Positions 39,108 through 52,995 of a stretch of DNA of 64,000 bases are shown one piece after another (the stretch's first letter is position 1; each line of letters starts with the position of its first letter). The notes below the pieces were generated by a model that did no database searches, was not told the origin of the DNA, and was given only the letters and a program-made list of their open reading frames with translations. This DNA comes from the human T2T-CHM13v2.0 reference genome, Homo sapiens. The stretch lies in NCBI RefSeq assembly GCF_009914755.1, contig NC_060930.1. One strand, given 5' to 3'. The translations under genes and the position numbers were made by a program.

Positions 39108-39358
39108 CTATATACATATATATAGCTATATATAATATATTATATAATATACATAATATATATAATATATAACTATTATGAAATCTATAAAAGACTCACT
39201 TTAGATATTAGGACATTTATTTGCTGAAAGTAAAAAGAGAAGAAAGATATGCCATGCAAATGATAACCAAAAGAGAGGGATAGCCATAAGTATAACAGAA
39301 AAAAATTATATATTATTATATAATATACATATTATATAATGTATATTATATATATATC
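39108..39358 (+). repeat. TA-rich tract containing a ~135-bp copy (39171-39305) of L1 sequence at 40705-40842
   Basis: Direct by-eye alignment of the two segments; TA repeats on both sides. Confidence 0.9.
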
Positions 39359-42300
39359 TTTGTAAACTAAGGAGTGCAAATAACTACATTTTATAGCCCA
39401 AAAGGACACAGAGGTAGGTTATGTACTCTTTCAGATAGAATAACTTCTTGCAAGTAACCTCCTCACAGTATCTGTCTCAGTATTTATGACTCAGATAGTT
39501 TATGAAAAGGCTTAATCTTTTCTCAGAAGGAGATCACCAAAAGGGTAAAGATTACCTGAACAGATTATGCAGATTATTTCATCATTAAAGCAAACATACA
39601 TACATTTGGTGGAGTCATATTTTTCAAAAGACAGGTTTATTTTGTTTTATTTTATCATGAGGCAGTTCAGAGATTTACTAATTACCGCAGCATGTATCCA
39701 GCTATGTATTACAATCAATAAGCATGAAGTCAAAATTGCCATAGAAATTACTCTTTTGTCTTTTAAAAGTGAAGAATTTCCAAAAACAAGCACACCCATT
39801 AGCAGTGCATAGATATGCAATAGTCCATGATTCATTATGCTGCCTGACAAAATTACAGAGACATAAAGAGTTAGGTGATATTTAACAATAAGCTAGAAGA
39901 GTTTGAGCTTTCAAGATATTCACCAGAATGCTGGACATTTTAGTTAAACAAAGTTCTCATTGATTTGATATCATTTCAATCACTGAAAGATGTCTTGTGC
40001 TATCATTTTGCAATGTAGCTATTATGGCATTTGATACTGATGGTGGTCCTGTGATATTTCACATAGATGAATGAGAAGCAATAAGATTAAAAGGATTGGT
40101 GGAGATTAATAATGTAGTGTATGGGCAGGAAAGGGAAAAATCAAACAACAAAAGCCAACCCAACAATTTTAGGAAGATGGTTATCAGGCTGACTCTGCAG
40201 ATATTACACAGAGTAGGTGAAAACATGAATATTTGGTGAACTTAATTGGGGATAGTTGAAGAATGGGAGATTTATTTGTGTCTTAAATTTGTCCTACCAC
40301 TTTTGTCAAGGGTTAAAGCAGAATGACAAGTAATTTTAACTCTTCTTTTAAATGTTTTAATAATTAATATTATTAATATACCTTAGCTGAGTCAGCCCAA
40401 TAATTATGATATATGCAAATTTATATTAGTCCACCAGCCAGGTGGAAAGGCAGGATGAAGAAATGGGTCATTTTGAAGGCTTTTTTGAATTTTTTGCTTT
40501 ATTATAAAATTTTCACCCTTGATTAATTCACATAATCTTAGATATAAAATATTAATTATTAAAAGATTAAAATGACAGTAGTAATTCTTGTCCATCAGTT
40601 GTTACTTTCAATGTGAATAAATTAAATTATCCAGTTGAAAGACATAGATTGGCTGAATAGCTAGAAAATCCAAAACAAACAAGAAACAAGATTCAACTAT
40701 TATGAACTATTATGAAGTCTATAAAAGACTCACTATAGATACTAGGACATTTATTTGCCAAAAGTAAAAAGATGAAGAAAGATATGCCATGCAAATGATA
40801 ACCAAAAGAGAGGAGGGGTAGCCATAATTATAACAGAAAAAATATCATCAAATCAAAAACTGTAATAAGAGACAAAGGGCATTTAAAAATTACAAAAGGG
40901 TAAACAAACCAGAAAATACAACAATTATAAATATATATACACCTAACACCATAGGTGTATTGGTATATATGCAGCTACCAAATATGCAAAGCAAACCTTG
41001 ACAAAATGGAAGGAAGAAATAAACCGCAACACAACAGTAAGAGACTTCAAAACCTCACTTTCCTTAAGGAATAGAACAACCAGACAAAAAATCAATAAGG
41101 AAACAGAGGACTTGAACAGTATATACTAACTGAACTTAAAAGAAATATACACAACACTCCATACATCAAAAGCAGAGTACGCATTCTTCTGAAGTGCACA
41201 TGAAACAGCCTCCAGGATAAACCACATGTTAGACCACAAAATAAGTCTTAACAAATTAAAGAAAATTGAAATCACACAAAATATGTTCTGACCACAATGG
41301 AGTAAAACTAGAAATCAGTAACAGAGAAAAACTGAAAAATACACAAACATATAGAAATTAAACAACATACTTTTAAATGATAAATGGCACAAAGAAGAAT
41401 GAAAAATAAAAACTTAAAAATATCTTGAGAAAAATGAAAATGAAAACACAACATACCAAAACTTACAGGATGCAGAGAAAGCAGGACTAAGAGAGAAGCT
41501 TATAGTGGTAAGCATTTACATTAAAAAAGAAAAAGGATCTCAGATAAACAACCTAACATTACACCTCAAGGAACAGAAAGAAAGAAGGAGCTAAACTTAA
41601 AGTTAGCAGAAGGAAGGATATAATATAGATAATAGTGGAAATAAATGAAGTAATAATAGAAAAATAACGGAAATGCTAAACAAAACTGAGAGTTGTTTTT
41701 TGGAAAATATTTTAAAATTGACAAACCCTTAGCTAGATCAACTAAGAAAATAAGAGAGAAGACAAATAAATTATGAATGAAAGGTATTATAACGAATGCT
41801 ACAGAAATCAAAAGGTACATGAGATTATTGTGAACATTTATGTGCAAACTGGAACACCTAAAAATAGATACATTTTTAAATATTCAACTTATTAACTGAA
41901 TTATGAAGAAATAAAAAAAATTAACAGACCTATAACTAATAAACAGATTGAATCAATAATGAAAAACATCCCAACAAAGAAAATCCCAGGACCAGATGGC
42001 TTCAGTGGAAAAATCTACCTAACATTTAAAAAAGTATTAACATTAATCTTCTTCAGTCTCTTCCAAACAATTGAAAAAATTGAAACATTTCCAAATATGT
42101 TTGTGAGGCAATCATTACATTGATATCAAAGCCTAAAAAAGACACCATCAGAAAATTGCAAATCAATATCCCTGATAAATGTTTATGCAAAATTCCTCAA
42201 CTAGTTTTTACAGTACATTAAAAGGATGTTCTACCTTGACAAAGTGGTATTCACTCCTGGAATGAAAGAATAGTTGAAAGTACAAAAATCTATCAATGTA

Positions 42301-43245
42301 ATACACTGTATCAATAGCATGACATACAAAATTTGCATGTTTATCTCAATTGATGAAAAAGCATTTGACAAAATTCATCACCTATTCTTAATGAAGACAC
42401 TCAATAAACTAGGTATAAAAAGAATGTACCTCAACATAATAAAAACTATCTATGAAAAAATCACAGACAACAACATATCCAATAATAAAAAATTGAAAAC
42501 TTTTCCTCTGAGATCAAAATTTAGGAGCGTATACCCACTCTCACAACTTCTGTTCAACATAGTACTGGAAGTCCTAGGCAATGAAATTAGGTAAGAAAAA
42601 GCAAAGACATCCAAATTGGAAAAGAAAAAGTAAGGTTATCTTCATTTACAAATGACATGATTTTATATGTAGAAAACCCCAAGGATTACACACACACACA
42701 CACACCCACATACATACACACACACACACACACAACTGTTATGAGTAAAAAAAAAATCAGCTAAATTGCAGGATGTAAAATCAGCATACAAAAGTAATTT
42801 ATGTATCTCTACACTAACAATGAACAACATGAAAAGGAAATTAAGAAAATAATTTATTTACAGTAGCATCAAAAAGAATAAAATACTTAGGAATAAACTT
42901 GACCAAGGAGGCAAAAGACTCGTACACTTTAAACTATAAATATCGCTTAAACAAAATAAAGATGACAGAAATATATTGAAAGCGATCCAGTGTTCACTGG
43001 AAGATATCAGTAATACTCAAAGTGATCTACAGACTCAACACAATCCCTATAAAAATCTCAATAGCATTTTTGGAGAAATAGAAATAAATTATTTTAATTC
43101 ACATGGGATCTTAAGGGACCCTGAAAAGCCAAAACAATTCTTGAAAATAAAAAAGTTGGAGGTGGTGTCACACTCCTTGATTTTAAAACATGTTACAAAG
43201 GTAAAGTAATCAAAACAATGTGGTACTGGCCTAAAGACAGACAGG

Positions 43246-43405
43246 TATAATACAAACAGGAGGACGGAAAATACCTGGTAGAAGAGGGGGGGGTCCCTGG
43301 TGAGGGTTCCACCCTCAAGCCTGGACCTGTTGCCCTAAATGAGAATATGCATTCCTGTTTTCCCACTTGAATGTGGCCTTTTCCGAAACCACCCTGACCC
43401 ACCAC
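43246..43405 (+). mobile_element. ERV1 LTR 5' fragment (LTR1-family-like)
   Basis: aaatacctggtagaagagggg...ccaccctcaagcctggacc...ccctaaatgagaa; GC-rich non-L1 block inside the L1. Confidence 0.6.
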
Positions 43406-43416
43406 ATAATATATCT

Positions 43417-43697
43417 GACCAGATGTGATGGCTCCGGCCTGTAACCCCAGCATTTTGGGAGGCCAAGGTGGGCAGATCACTTGAGGTCAGGCATTCGTGA
43501 CCAGTTTGACCAACATGACGAAACCCCGTCTCTACTAAAAATACAAAAGTTAGCTGGGTGTGGTGACGGGTGCCTGTAAACCCAGCTACTCGGGGGGCTG
43601 AGGCAAGAGAATCGCTTGAACCAAGGAGGTGGAGGTTGCAGTGAGCCGAGATTGCATTACTGCACCCCAGTCTGAATGACAGAGTGAGACTCCATCT

Positions 43698-43728
<31 letters not shown>
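43417..43728 (+). mobile_element. AluS with long poly-A
   Basis: gatcacttgaggtcagg...gactccatctc followed by ~30 A. Confidence 0.95.
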
Positions 43729-43730
<2 letters not shown>

Positions 43731-44496
43731 ATTGGGAAGATGTGGAGAAATCTGAACTCTTCCATATTCTAGGTGGGAATGTAAAGTAGTACAACTACTA
43801 TAGAAAATAGTATAGAGTTTCCTCAAAAAATAAAAAATGGAATTACATATGATCCAGCAACCCCATTTCTGGGTATATATCCAAATAATTGAAAGCAGAA
43901 TCATGAAGATATATTTGCCCTCCAATGTTCATTGCAGCATTATTCACAATAGTTAATAGGTAGAAGCAACCCAAATGTTCATTGAGGGATGAGTAGATAG
44001 GCAAAATGCATACATATACATTATGGAACAGTATTTAGCCTTAAAAAGAAAAAGAAATTCTGACACATGCAAAAGCATGGATGAACCTGGAGGACATTAT
44101 GTTAAGTGAAATAAGCCAGTCACCAAAAGACAAATACTTTATGATTGCATTTATATGAGGTATCAAATGTGGTCAAACTCATGGGAAGTAGAATGGTGGT
44201 TGCCAGGAGTAAGAGAAGCGGAAACAGGAGTTGTTGTTCAATGGGGATAGAGTTTCAGTTTTGCAAGATAAAAAAGTTTGAAAGATTTGTCACAGAACAT
44301 CTTAAATATAGTTAATACAATTAAACTCTACACTTAAAAATGGTTAAGATGGTAACATTTATGTTATATGCTTTTTATCAAAATTAAAAATGTTTTTAAA
44401 ATATTTTAAAAGTAATTTTTTTTCTGATAACTCCAATATTTGGATTGTATCCTTGGCCACCATGAATTGAATGAATTGAAATGCTGTACCCAAGAC

Positions 44497-45349
44497 CAGT
44501 GGTTCTTAATGTATTATCCAAGGACTCATGGTGGGGGGGGGGGTGTCCTGTGAAGTCAAAATTATTTTCAAGTACACTAAGATGTTATTTACCTCTTTAT
44601 GTTCATACTTTTTTTAAGTGCATAGTGTAGGCTACATGACAAATCCACAATTATCTGCAAAGGCTACTACAATACTGTTCTTTCTGTCAACTATATATCT
44701 AAGTAAACCTGCAACTTATTTATATACTTCAATCAAAACAACCTATTTGTGCCATAACGAGTGCAGAACTAGATATGAGATTCCAATTGTCTTATATTAA
44801 GCCAGACATTAAAAAGGTGTACAAAATGTAAAACAATTCCACTTTTACCTTTACAGAATTTGAGGGGCAAGGGAATCTTTCTATTTTTATTTTTAAAATA
44901 AATAAATAAACATTTATTGGCATTAAAATATATCTTTTACCTTTACAGAATTTAAGGGGCAAGGGAATCTTTCTATTTTTATTGTTAAAATAAATAAATA
45001 AACATTTATTGGCATTAAAATATATCACCATGTATAGTGTTTATTATGGTTTATTCTAGTCATAATGTTATTAGTCATCATGTGTAGTATTTATTATTGT
45101 CATTTAAAAATGACATGCAATGTGGATATACTGAATTACACACCTAAAAAGGGTTAAGACATTAAATTTTATGTATATATGCCATATTTAGAAATACACA
45201 TGAATTAGTAAATATTTTTAAAGTTCATCATTTTTCATTTCTAATATTATAAATATCAATAGATAAACATAAAGAAAATTTCCTTGAACTCTTTACTAAT
45301 TCTTGAGTATGTGAAAGTATTCTGAGACCAAAAAGTTTGAAAAATGCTA
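44497..45349 (+). mobile_element. Charlie1-like hAT DNA transposon derivative
   Basis: Starts cagtggttctt, ends ctgagaccaaaaagtttgaaaaatgcta; 8-bp TSD cccaagac/ctccagac. Confidence 0.8.
44842..45025. repeat. 92-bp tandem duplication (2 copies)
   Basis: cttttacctttacagaattt...cattaaaatatat at 44842 and 44934, 2 mismatches by eye. Confidence 0.9.
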
Positions 45350-46049
45350 CTCCAGACATCCCTACCATTTTAGACTATTATTAAATTAGAATTAAAGCCT
45401 ATTGAAAAAGTAGAAAGAAGCACAGTTCCTTCAGAATTCAAGAATAATTGTCTTGTAACAAATGAAAATTGACTTTTTATTTATCAATTCAGTTTTGTAA
45501 ACAAAGACTGCAACAGCTGTGTCAGCAGCAACAAAAATAGCTGTCATGGGTAGTATTTGAAATTAGTTTCCATTGTTCTATTGCAGAATTCAAGGTTTTT
45601 TTCATGTGTTCATAAAGTGCATTGTCTGTTAAGTTTTCATGGATGAGATAGAAGCGATAAATCTATTCTTTAACAGAGAAAAAATGGAATGTTCCACTCA
45701 ATAAATACAAAAAATTTCAGTCTTTAAATAAATAGTAGTATACATGGTGTGTAACAGATCTGAATTTCTCATTTATTTTACTTTTACATTGTGATCTCAG
45801 CAAGTAGCAATTTTCTTTCTTATAGCTTCAGAACAACACCATTGCTATTATAATAAAAGTACTTGAGAATGAGAAAATGACAAGAGCCTAATTCTCAATG
45901 CCTTGGTAAAGAAACGTAAATGTTAACAATTGTTCATAATATTTCATACTAGTTGTATTTGTGTTTGATGAATGAAAATAAATATCTCATCCTAAAGCAA
46001 TCTAAGAGAATTACAATTATAGAACTTGGAAAATAAACTCTTATTTTAT

Positions 46050-46235
46050 TAAAAATAAATATTTAAAAATTATTTTAAAAATATAAATGTATAATATAAA
46101 TATAAATATATGAAATATAAATATATAAAATATAAATATATAAAATTATTTTAAAAATATAAATGTATAATATAAATATAAATATATAAAATATAAACAT
46201 AAAAATATTTAAAAATTATTAAAAAAATAAATAAA
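46050..46235. repeat. AT-rich low-complexity tandem repeat
   Basis: aaaattattttaaaaatataaatgtataatataaatataaatata occurs twice, ~76-bp period. Confidence 0.8.
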
Positions 46236-46277
46236 AGATGGATGATGTGGTTATTCAAAGCTGTACATAGGTGGTAG

Positions 46278-46615
<338 letters not shown>

Positions 46616-46746
46616 CCCATGAATTATTTTACTGGGTTATCTCTGCCACTCACTTCTTTTTCCCTAGTTTCCTTTGTCCTACATTAAGAGAATGTCTGTG
46701 TTACCTAATAGCAGTGTGGTTCTGGTAGACGGTGTTTCTCTTACAA

Positions 46747-47006
46747 TAGGGATTTACAGATTTTTTTCTACAAAACACTGCGTAGTAAATATATGTAGCT
46801 TTGTAGGCCAGGCAATCTCTATAGCAACTATTCAACTTTGCTACTGTATGGTGAAAACACCCATAGGTAATGCATAAATGAGTGTGGCTGTGTTTCAGTA
46901 CAACTTCAGTACAACAACAACAACAACGACAACAACAACGACAACAACAAAGGCTGAGGAGGAATGCAGGCAGATATGGCCCATGGGCAGTAGTTTGAGG
47001 ACCCTA
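46747..47006 (+). mobile_element. MER58A-like hAT MITE containing (CAA/CGA)n at ~46911-46950
   Basis: gtagtaaatat...caactattcaactttgc...gtgtggctgtgtttca...ggcccatgggcagtagtttg; flanking repeat tcttacaa. Confidence 0.8.
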
Positions 47007-47117
47007 GTCTTACAACACTGCTTCCTGCTCCCTTCCCATTAGTAATTCTTGTGTGAGATAATTAAGCCACTGTATGTGTGTTTCCATGGCAGGGTTGTCT
47101 CATTTAAGACATCAACA

Positions 47118-47365
<248 letters not shown>

Positions 47366-48499
47366 AAGACATGAAAAACAACTAACCCCTGTTCACATGT
47401 ATAAATCACTAAAACTCTGAGAAACATCGAAAATTGTGTGGCTCTTTTTTTTACAAAACTCTCTGCTACTCCCTTTTGATTTTTGGCCCAGAAACATGAA
47501 TCGTTTCAGCTCATATATTTAAAGATCCCATAGAAAATGGAATTTCACAGATCCCAACACACCTTAAAGTATACCCTCTAGTAAGCAGTCCCCCACAGTC
47601 ATAAACAGTGTTGCCATTTAGAAATTTACTGCATTTTGCAGTCCAATGGCTCAGTGAAAGCAATTTTTATTTTTACCTAATGTATCAACCTGTGTGAAAA
47701 TCTTTCCATGTCAGAGAGGCAGTAGGAGGAAAACATTAAAGTCCTTTTTTATGTTACCATTGGAAAACCAGGCTTCAAAACACTGTCTGTCTCAAAATGT
47801 TGACAGCTGAAGAACCAGTTGGAGGTAACCTCAAGAACAGTTTACTACACAGCAATAAATGTGAACACATGAAACTTTCTTAATAACAAATTAATAACAA
47901 TTATTAACAAAATTCTGGCTTGTCTTGCATACTCAGATATTTTTTATTTTTCTATTTCTACCTAATCTTTCTTAAACTTCTTCACTTCCTGTTCTTCTCT
48001 ACCATCTCAAACTACATTTCCTACATTGTCATTATCAATTATTCTGTAAGTGTATGCGAAATTACCCCAGTTAATAAACTGTGGGAAAAAATTCAAAGTC
48101 CACTAAAGGCTAGGAATGGAGTTTGATTTTTGAAAATGTTATAGCAAATAATTTTTTTCTCTGTTTTCCTTCTATCTATAGTCTTTCTCTGGTCTTTCTT
48201 TAGTTTATTCAACTCTGATAGTCAAAAGCTTCCAAAATTCCCTATCTTTCTATTTTATCACATATAAGCTACTATTTATGCGTTTAATGGCTATGCAAAA
48301 TTTACTTCCACCATAATTAGCCAATCCAAGAATATTTCTTCTATTCAAGGCACACAAGACACCGTATCCTCAAAGACTGGAAAGTACTTCCTACTGTGTC
48401 TTTGCTCTTATTGAGCTATTATTTATCAGTAATAAGGCATCATTTCAGTCTGTCCACCTGTCAAAACCCAGTGCAAATCTCAAATCCTGAATGTATCCT

Positions 48500-49090
48500 T
48501 TCTTTCCACCTACTTTGTGATTTCTGTCCTTTCTCATCTTAAATTCTCTCATGGTGAGTTATAGCCAAAGTTCTTACAATGAGCTGCAGATCCCTACACG
48601 GTCTGAGTCTCCATTATATTTCTGACTTCATTATCTACCATTCTCTCTTCATTGACTCTACTCCCACTATTGTGCCCCCTTCATCCTGGAACATTCTCCT
48701 GCCATGGGACCATTGTATTTTACTTTCCCCCTGCCTAGAATGTGTTCTCCCAGTTATCTGCATGACCAATTCAGCATTCTCACTTCCTTCAGATTTCTAC
48801 TCAGTGAATCTTTCACTGGACACTCTATCAAGTTCCTTATTATCAATTATCAAATTATCAAATTCCTTGTGGGCATTTCGTATACTCTTTTCCTACTTAT
48901 TGTTTCTATTTAGCATTTTTTTTTTGCTGTTTAATGTATTACTTATTTGTTTTGATCCTTATCTGCTCCACTATACTATAAGACATATGAGAGCAGGTAT
49001 TTTCATCAGTTTTATGGTATTATATGCCCAGTGCCTAGCAAAGCATTTGAAACTTGAAGTGCTCCATAAATATTTGCTAAAAAATGGCTA
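48500..49090 (+). mobile_element. L2a 3' region
   Basis: ccctgcctagaatgtgttctccc...atgagagcagg...cccagtgcctagc...gtgctccataaatatttgct. Confidence 0.75.
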
Positions 49091-50269
49091 TCAGGATCAT
49101 ATCGCTCAGCACTTCATATTTCACCTCGTTTCACTGGCCCTTATTATTTACTGCATGATGCTAATCTGCCCCAATTAGATTGTAGGGACTTGAGGTCATG
49201 ACTTAAGTTCCATTTTTGTCTATGTTTCCAAAACACCTTGAACAGTGCTGAGTATTTTGAAGGAAATATGTATATACATATATATCTTTTTCTCAATATC
49301 TTTATATATTAATCTGAAAAAGAATGTATGTTTACCACAAACAAGGTATGCTCACTGTTTAGCTTTGAGAGTTTCTGGTAAATATATTTTTGGTTACCAA
49401 GAAAAAATAACAAAGCAAGTTATACTTACTATAATATCTCCTCAGTAGTGCTCTATCCTTAATTAGACAATCTGGGAAGTTAAGGGTATCTTAAAATGCA
49501 AGAAAGACAAAAGTAAGCAGGCTGATAGAAAAATCGAAGGATGGCCAAGGGGAGCTTTCAACAGCCTTTAACACAAATGCATGTCAATATTTGATCCAGA
49601 ATGAAACAATATTATGCAACATTAAACTTTTCTCTTACCAGTTTCAGAGCCTATAGGTATCACTCTTTTCTTGTACCCAAATATACATTTTATTTGTTGA
49701 AAACCCCTCAAATTGTACAGTGAAATCTAGCAGTTAGAAGAATCTATGGTTTAAAGCATGTACAATAGCTTATGCAATAACAAATCAATTCAAGTTAATG
49801 CAGTGGTGACTAGCAAACAGCCTTCAGAAGTTAGAAATCTGTAGGTCCACACTCACAAAGATCCTGCCAAGAATGTTGACTTGTCTACAATTTACCTGCT
49901 AAAATCATTTTGTCTTCATATACCTACATTGTGGATGAGATGCTACTCATTACTTGAGCTGAATCAGCTATTCAAAAAAACTTGGCTGTTTGCCAAGCAG
50001 GCCTTCCAAAATCAGTTCAGAGGTGGCGGCACTGATGCTGCAATATGATTGTCTTGTTTTTTGTTTTTTTAAAGAGGAAAGCTCTGAACTATAAATGACA
50101 TTAAAGAATACAACATGAATTTTGACAACAATTAGAATTACGACATAAAAAAGTGAGATTCAGAACTGAAGAAAAGCAGCTCTGATAAGTGAAGCATGCA
50201 CATGGGGGCGCACACACATGCACTTCACCTACCCTTTTTTTTTATGATTTTAAGTTGTTAAAAATCAGA

Positions 50270-51710
50270 TGTCTCAATTTAATCTCATTATCGAACCACA
50301 ACCTCCAGTCCTCTGACCTCTTAGACATCACTTCCTTTGTAATTTCTTTTCAATTTCATAACTCCAATTCTTCTATCCCTCCACTTTAACTCAATATGTT
50401 AAATGATTCTGATCTCACTTTTCTGGGCTTAGCCTACTCGTCTGAAATTGTACTCACAAACGCTTTCAACCATCTTGTACTCCTGTCATTTTGCTGAAAT
50501 TGCCTAGCAAAATTGCAATTGTGACTCAAACCCACAGTCCTTTTCCTCATACAGATGCAGCTTCCTAAGTTCTTCTAAAACTATTTTTAAAATTAAAAAG
50601 TGCAACCATGTAGATTGATGACACCAAAAAATAATGATTTTCAGACAGAGATGGAGCCTCAAATCTATTAGTGATACATTCATTTGTCCTTAGATTCATC
50701 TTTCATTCCCTTCACTGACTATTCCACTTTTCAAATCTTATCCTGTCTCACAATATTCTAGTAACTCTATTTCAAGTAGAAAACTGGAGCAAGTAAAAAT
50801 GAATATTCTCAATTTCTGTTCATTTTTACTTATCCGTACTACATAACCAAACATCCATACAAAACCTTACCCATATATTTTATTTTTCTTCCAGTCTTAG
50901 ATGATAAAGAGTCCCTCCTTCTACTCAGGGCAAGTTACCTCATTTTCTCCGGGTCAGAGATTCAGTCTCATCCAAGGCAATGACTCATTTAGTATGTCTT
51001 CTCTTACAACTGTCTTTACTGGCTCTTTTTTCTCAGCCCTTTAAGTTTGCTCTTTGAGACTCTTTGCTACTCAACTAAGCATCTTCATCCCACAGCTCTT
51101 TATAAAGAAGTGTTACTCCACCCACCTCACATCTTCTGTCTTTTTTCTTCCATTCATTCTTTACTCCATTGACATTACTTTCTTCTTCCACCAGTTTCTA
51201 CTTCTTGGAAACTGAACTGGGAATGAAACAATTATCTTTATGTGCCAGAGACAATGAATACTTTAAAGACCTGAATTCACTGGAGACTCTTTTTTCTCTG
51301 GCCTCCCATGGCTTCTAAGTTCCCACTGTGTCTTTAGATCTCTAGTTCTCAGTCTTCTTGACAAGATCCTTTTATGCTGGCCTCATCAAGCCATCCCCAA
51401 ACTCAAACCTCTCTCAAAGCATGTTTTTCTTAGTTACCCCTTCCACCGTTTTGACTTATTGTCCGTTCCTTATAGTAATTCTATATGATGTCTATACTGT
51501 ATCATCTTCCCAGTGAAGAATTTTCTTTTTTCTCCTTGTCTTTCACTTTATATTTTATATACTATTTATTGTAATATTTAAAAAATCTCTGTGTGTATCA
51601 TCACTAAATAAATTATAAATGTTTTGATGGCAGATACCTGGTTGTGCTTATCTCTATGTATCCTTTAACATTTTGGATATAAACAGTCTTTAATAAATTA
51701 GATTAAATGG
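50270..51710 (+). mobile_element. Degenerate L2 fragments
   Basis: Pyrimidine-rich L2-like sequence ending aaattataaatgttttgatggcagatacc...taataaatt. Confidence 0.5.
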
Positions 51711-52995
51711 AAGTTTTATATACTCCTTGTGGTTTAGTTTACATTATTCAAAAGCCAGGCATCACCTAAAACTGCCAAGGAACAGTCATTAATTTACATG
51801 TATTTCTATTTTTGGTTAAGATACCAACAAAGAAACTCCCCTGGTGTTCCCAGGCAGTAAATTATCCTTCTCTCAGAAAGTTTTCTTTCTGCATACTCAA
51901 ATTATCCAGCTATCTGTACTGAAAGAGTTTAACATCCATAAAATCACTTGCTTTAAAGATTTTGCTTTAGAACCTACTTGAATTTTACTTGCTTACGAAA
52001 AACTTTGGAAAAAGTTTTTCACCTTCTCTTCACATATCACAGAAGAGAAAAGGAATTTGTGATTGAATGTCAATAAGAGGCCACATTGTCTACCCTAGGA
52101 TATGCACTGAAGGGATCAGAACACTTCACCACCACCACCACCACTAAGGAAAATTACCCAGGTGATCAGGATACATTTTCAATATGTCCACCCCCATAAT
52201 TCAGTGATTCACCTCCATTCTGGCTACAGGAATTCCTTAAAAAATCTTCTCATGATATGAGGAATCCATAATTTGGAATCTGAATACTGCTGATCAAATT
52301 TCAATTACAGCTCTTTTTAGCCCTCTGTCTTCAAGTAAAATATCATGTGATTCATGATAAAAATAATTCCATTGGACAGAGTATTTTTAGGAGTAAACGA
52401 AGTATTCCTTAAAGTATTTTGAAAATGTAATGCATTATTCAACTATTGGTTATTATTTTAATTTTTAGATCTTCTTCTCCTTTGGATAACCTTCACATTT
52501 ACCCCTCTAAGACATTCTGTTGGATACAATTAGCATTTTTCATCATTACACAGTGTTCAAGATGACTGTGTTAACATTGTATGTATCATAACATTTCTCC
52601 ATAAAGACAGCTCCGTGGATATTAAGTTTTCACTATTTGAAATTTACCATGTGGTTCAAACTCTAACAGATTTATTTTTAGGATTGATTCTTTGTATCTT
52701 CTTTATGTTTTAGACCTCATCACTGAAAAATCACTTGGAGAACATTCTTATAAATTTACTAATGGCACCTCAGTGACTAAGGCTCAACGTAACTAATTGA
52801 GGAAAGTAAACATTCAGTGATGTAATGTAATTTGAAGCCTTTGCCTTATTGCAATGACTCCGGAGTGTAAAAGTATTACATGATCTAAGATTTGGACGAA
52901 TAACGTTTCGTTCATTATAATTCGGGCTTTCAGGTGATTTATCTGGCTTTAATGCTCAATGTCCAGTAGTGTAAAATGGACTTCATTATTTCTAT

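Larger units (their letters stand above)
40585..44392 (+). mobile_element. L1MB-like element, ORF2 start to 3' UTR, degenerate, with internal deletion and inserts
   Basis: EN region start; RT fragment MFISIDEKAFDKIHH...YPLSQLLFNIVLEVL (42274..42594); L1MB-type end cacttaaaaatggttaagatggtaa; (CA)n ~42688-42734. Confidence 0.92.

Noticed and set aside
43335-43925. 196-aa minus-strand ORF
   Set aside because: Antisense read-through of L1, poly-A (poly-Phe) and Alu
44842-45025. CRISPR-like or satellite array
   Set aside because: Only two adjacent copies with no spacers, in a eukaryotic context
48579-49178. Longest ORF (199 aa, hydrophobic)
   Set aside because: Lies in a pyrimidine-rich L2 3' region; Leu/Ser/Phe bias follows from base composition; no recognisable domain
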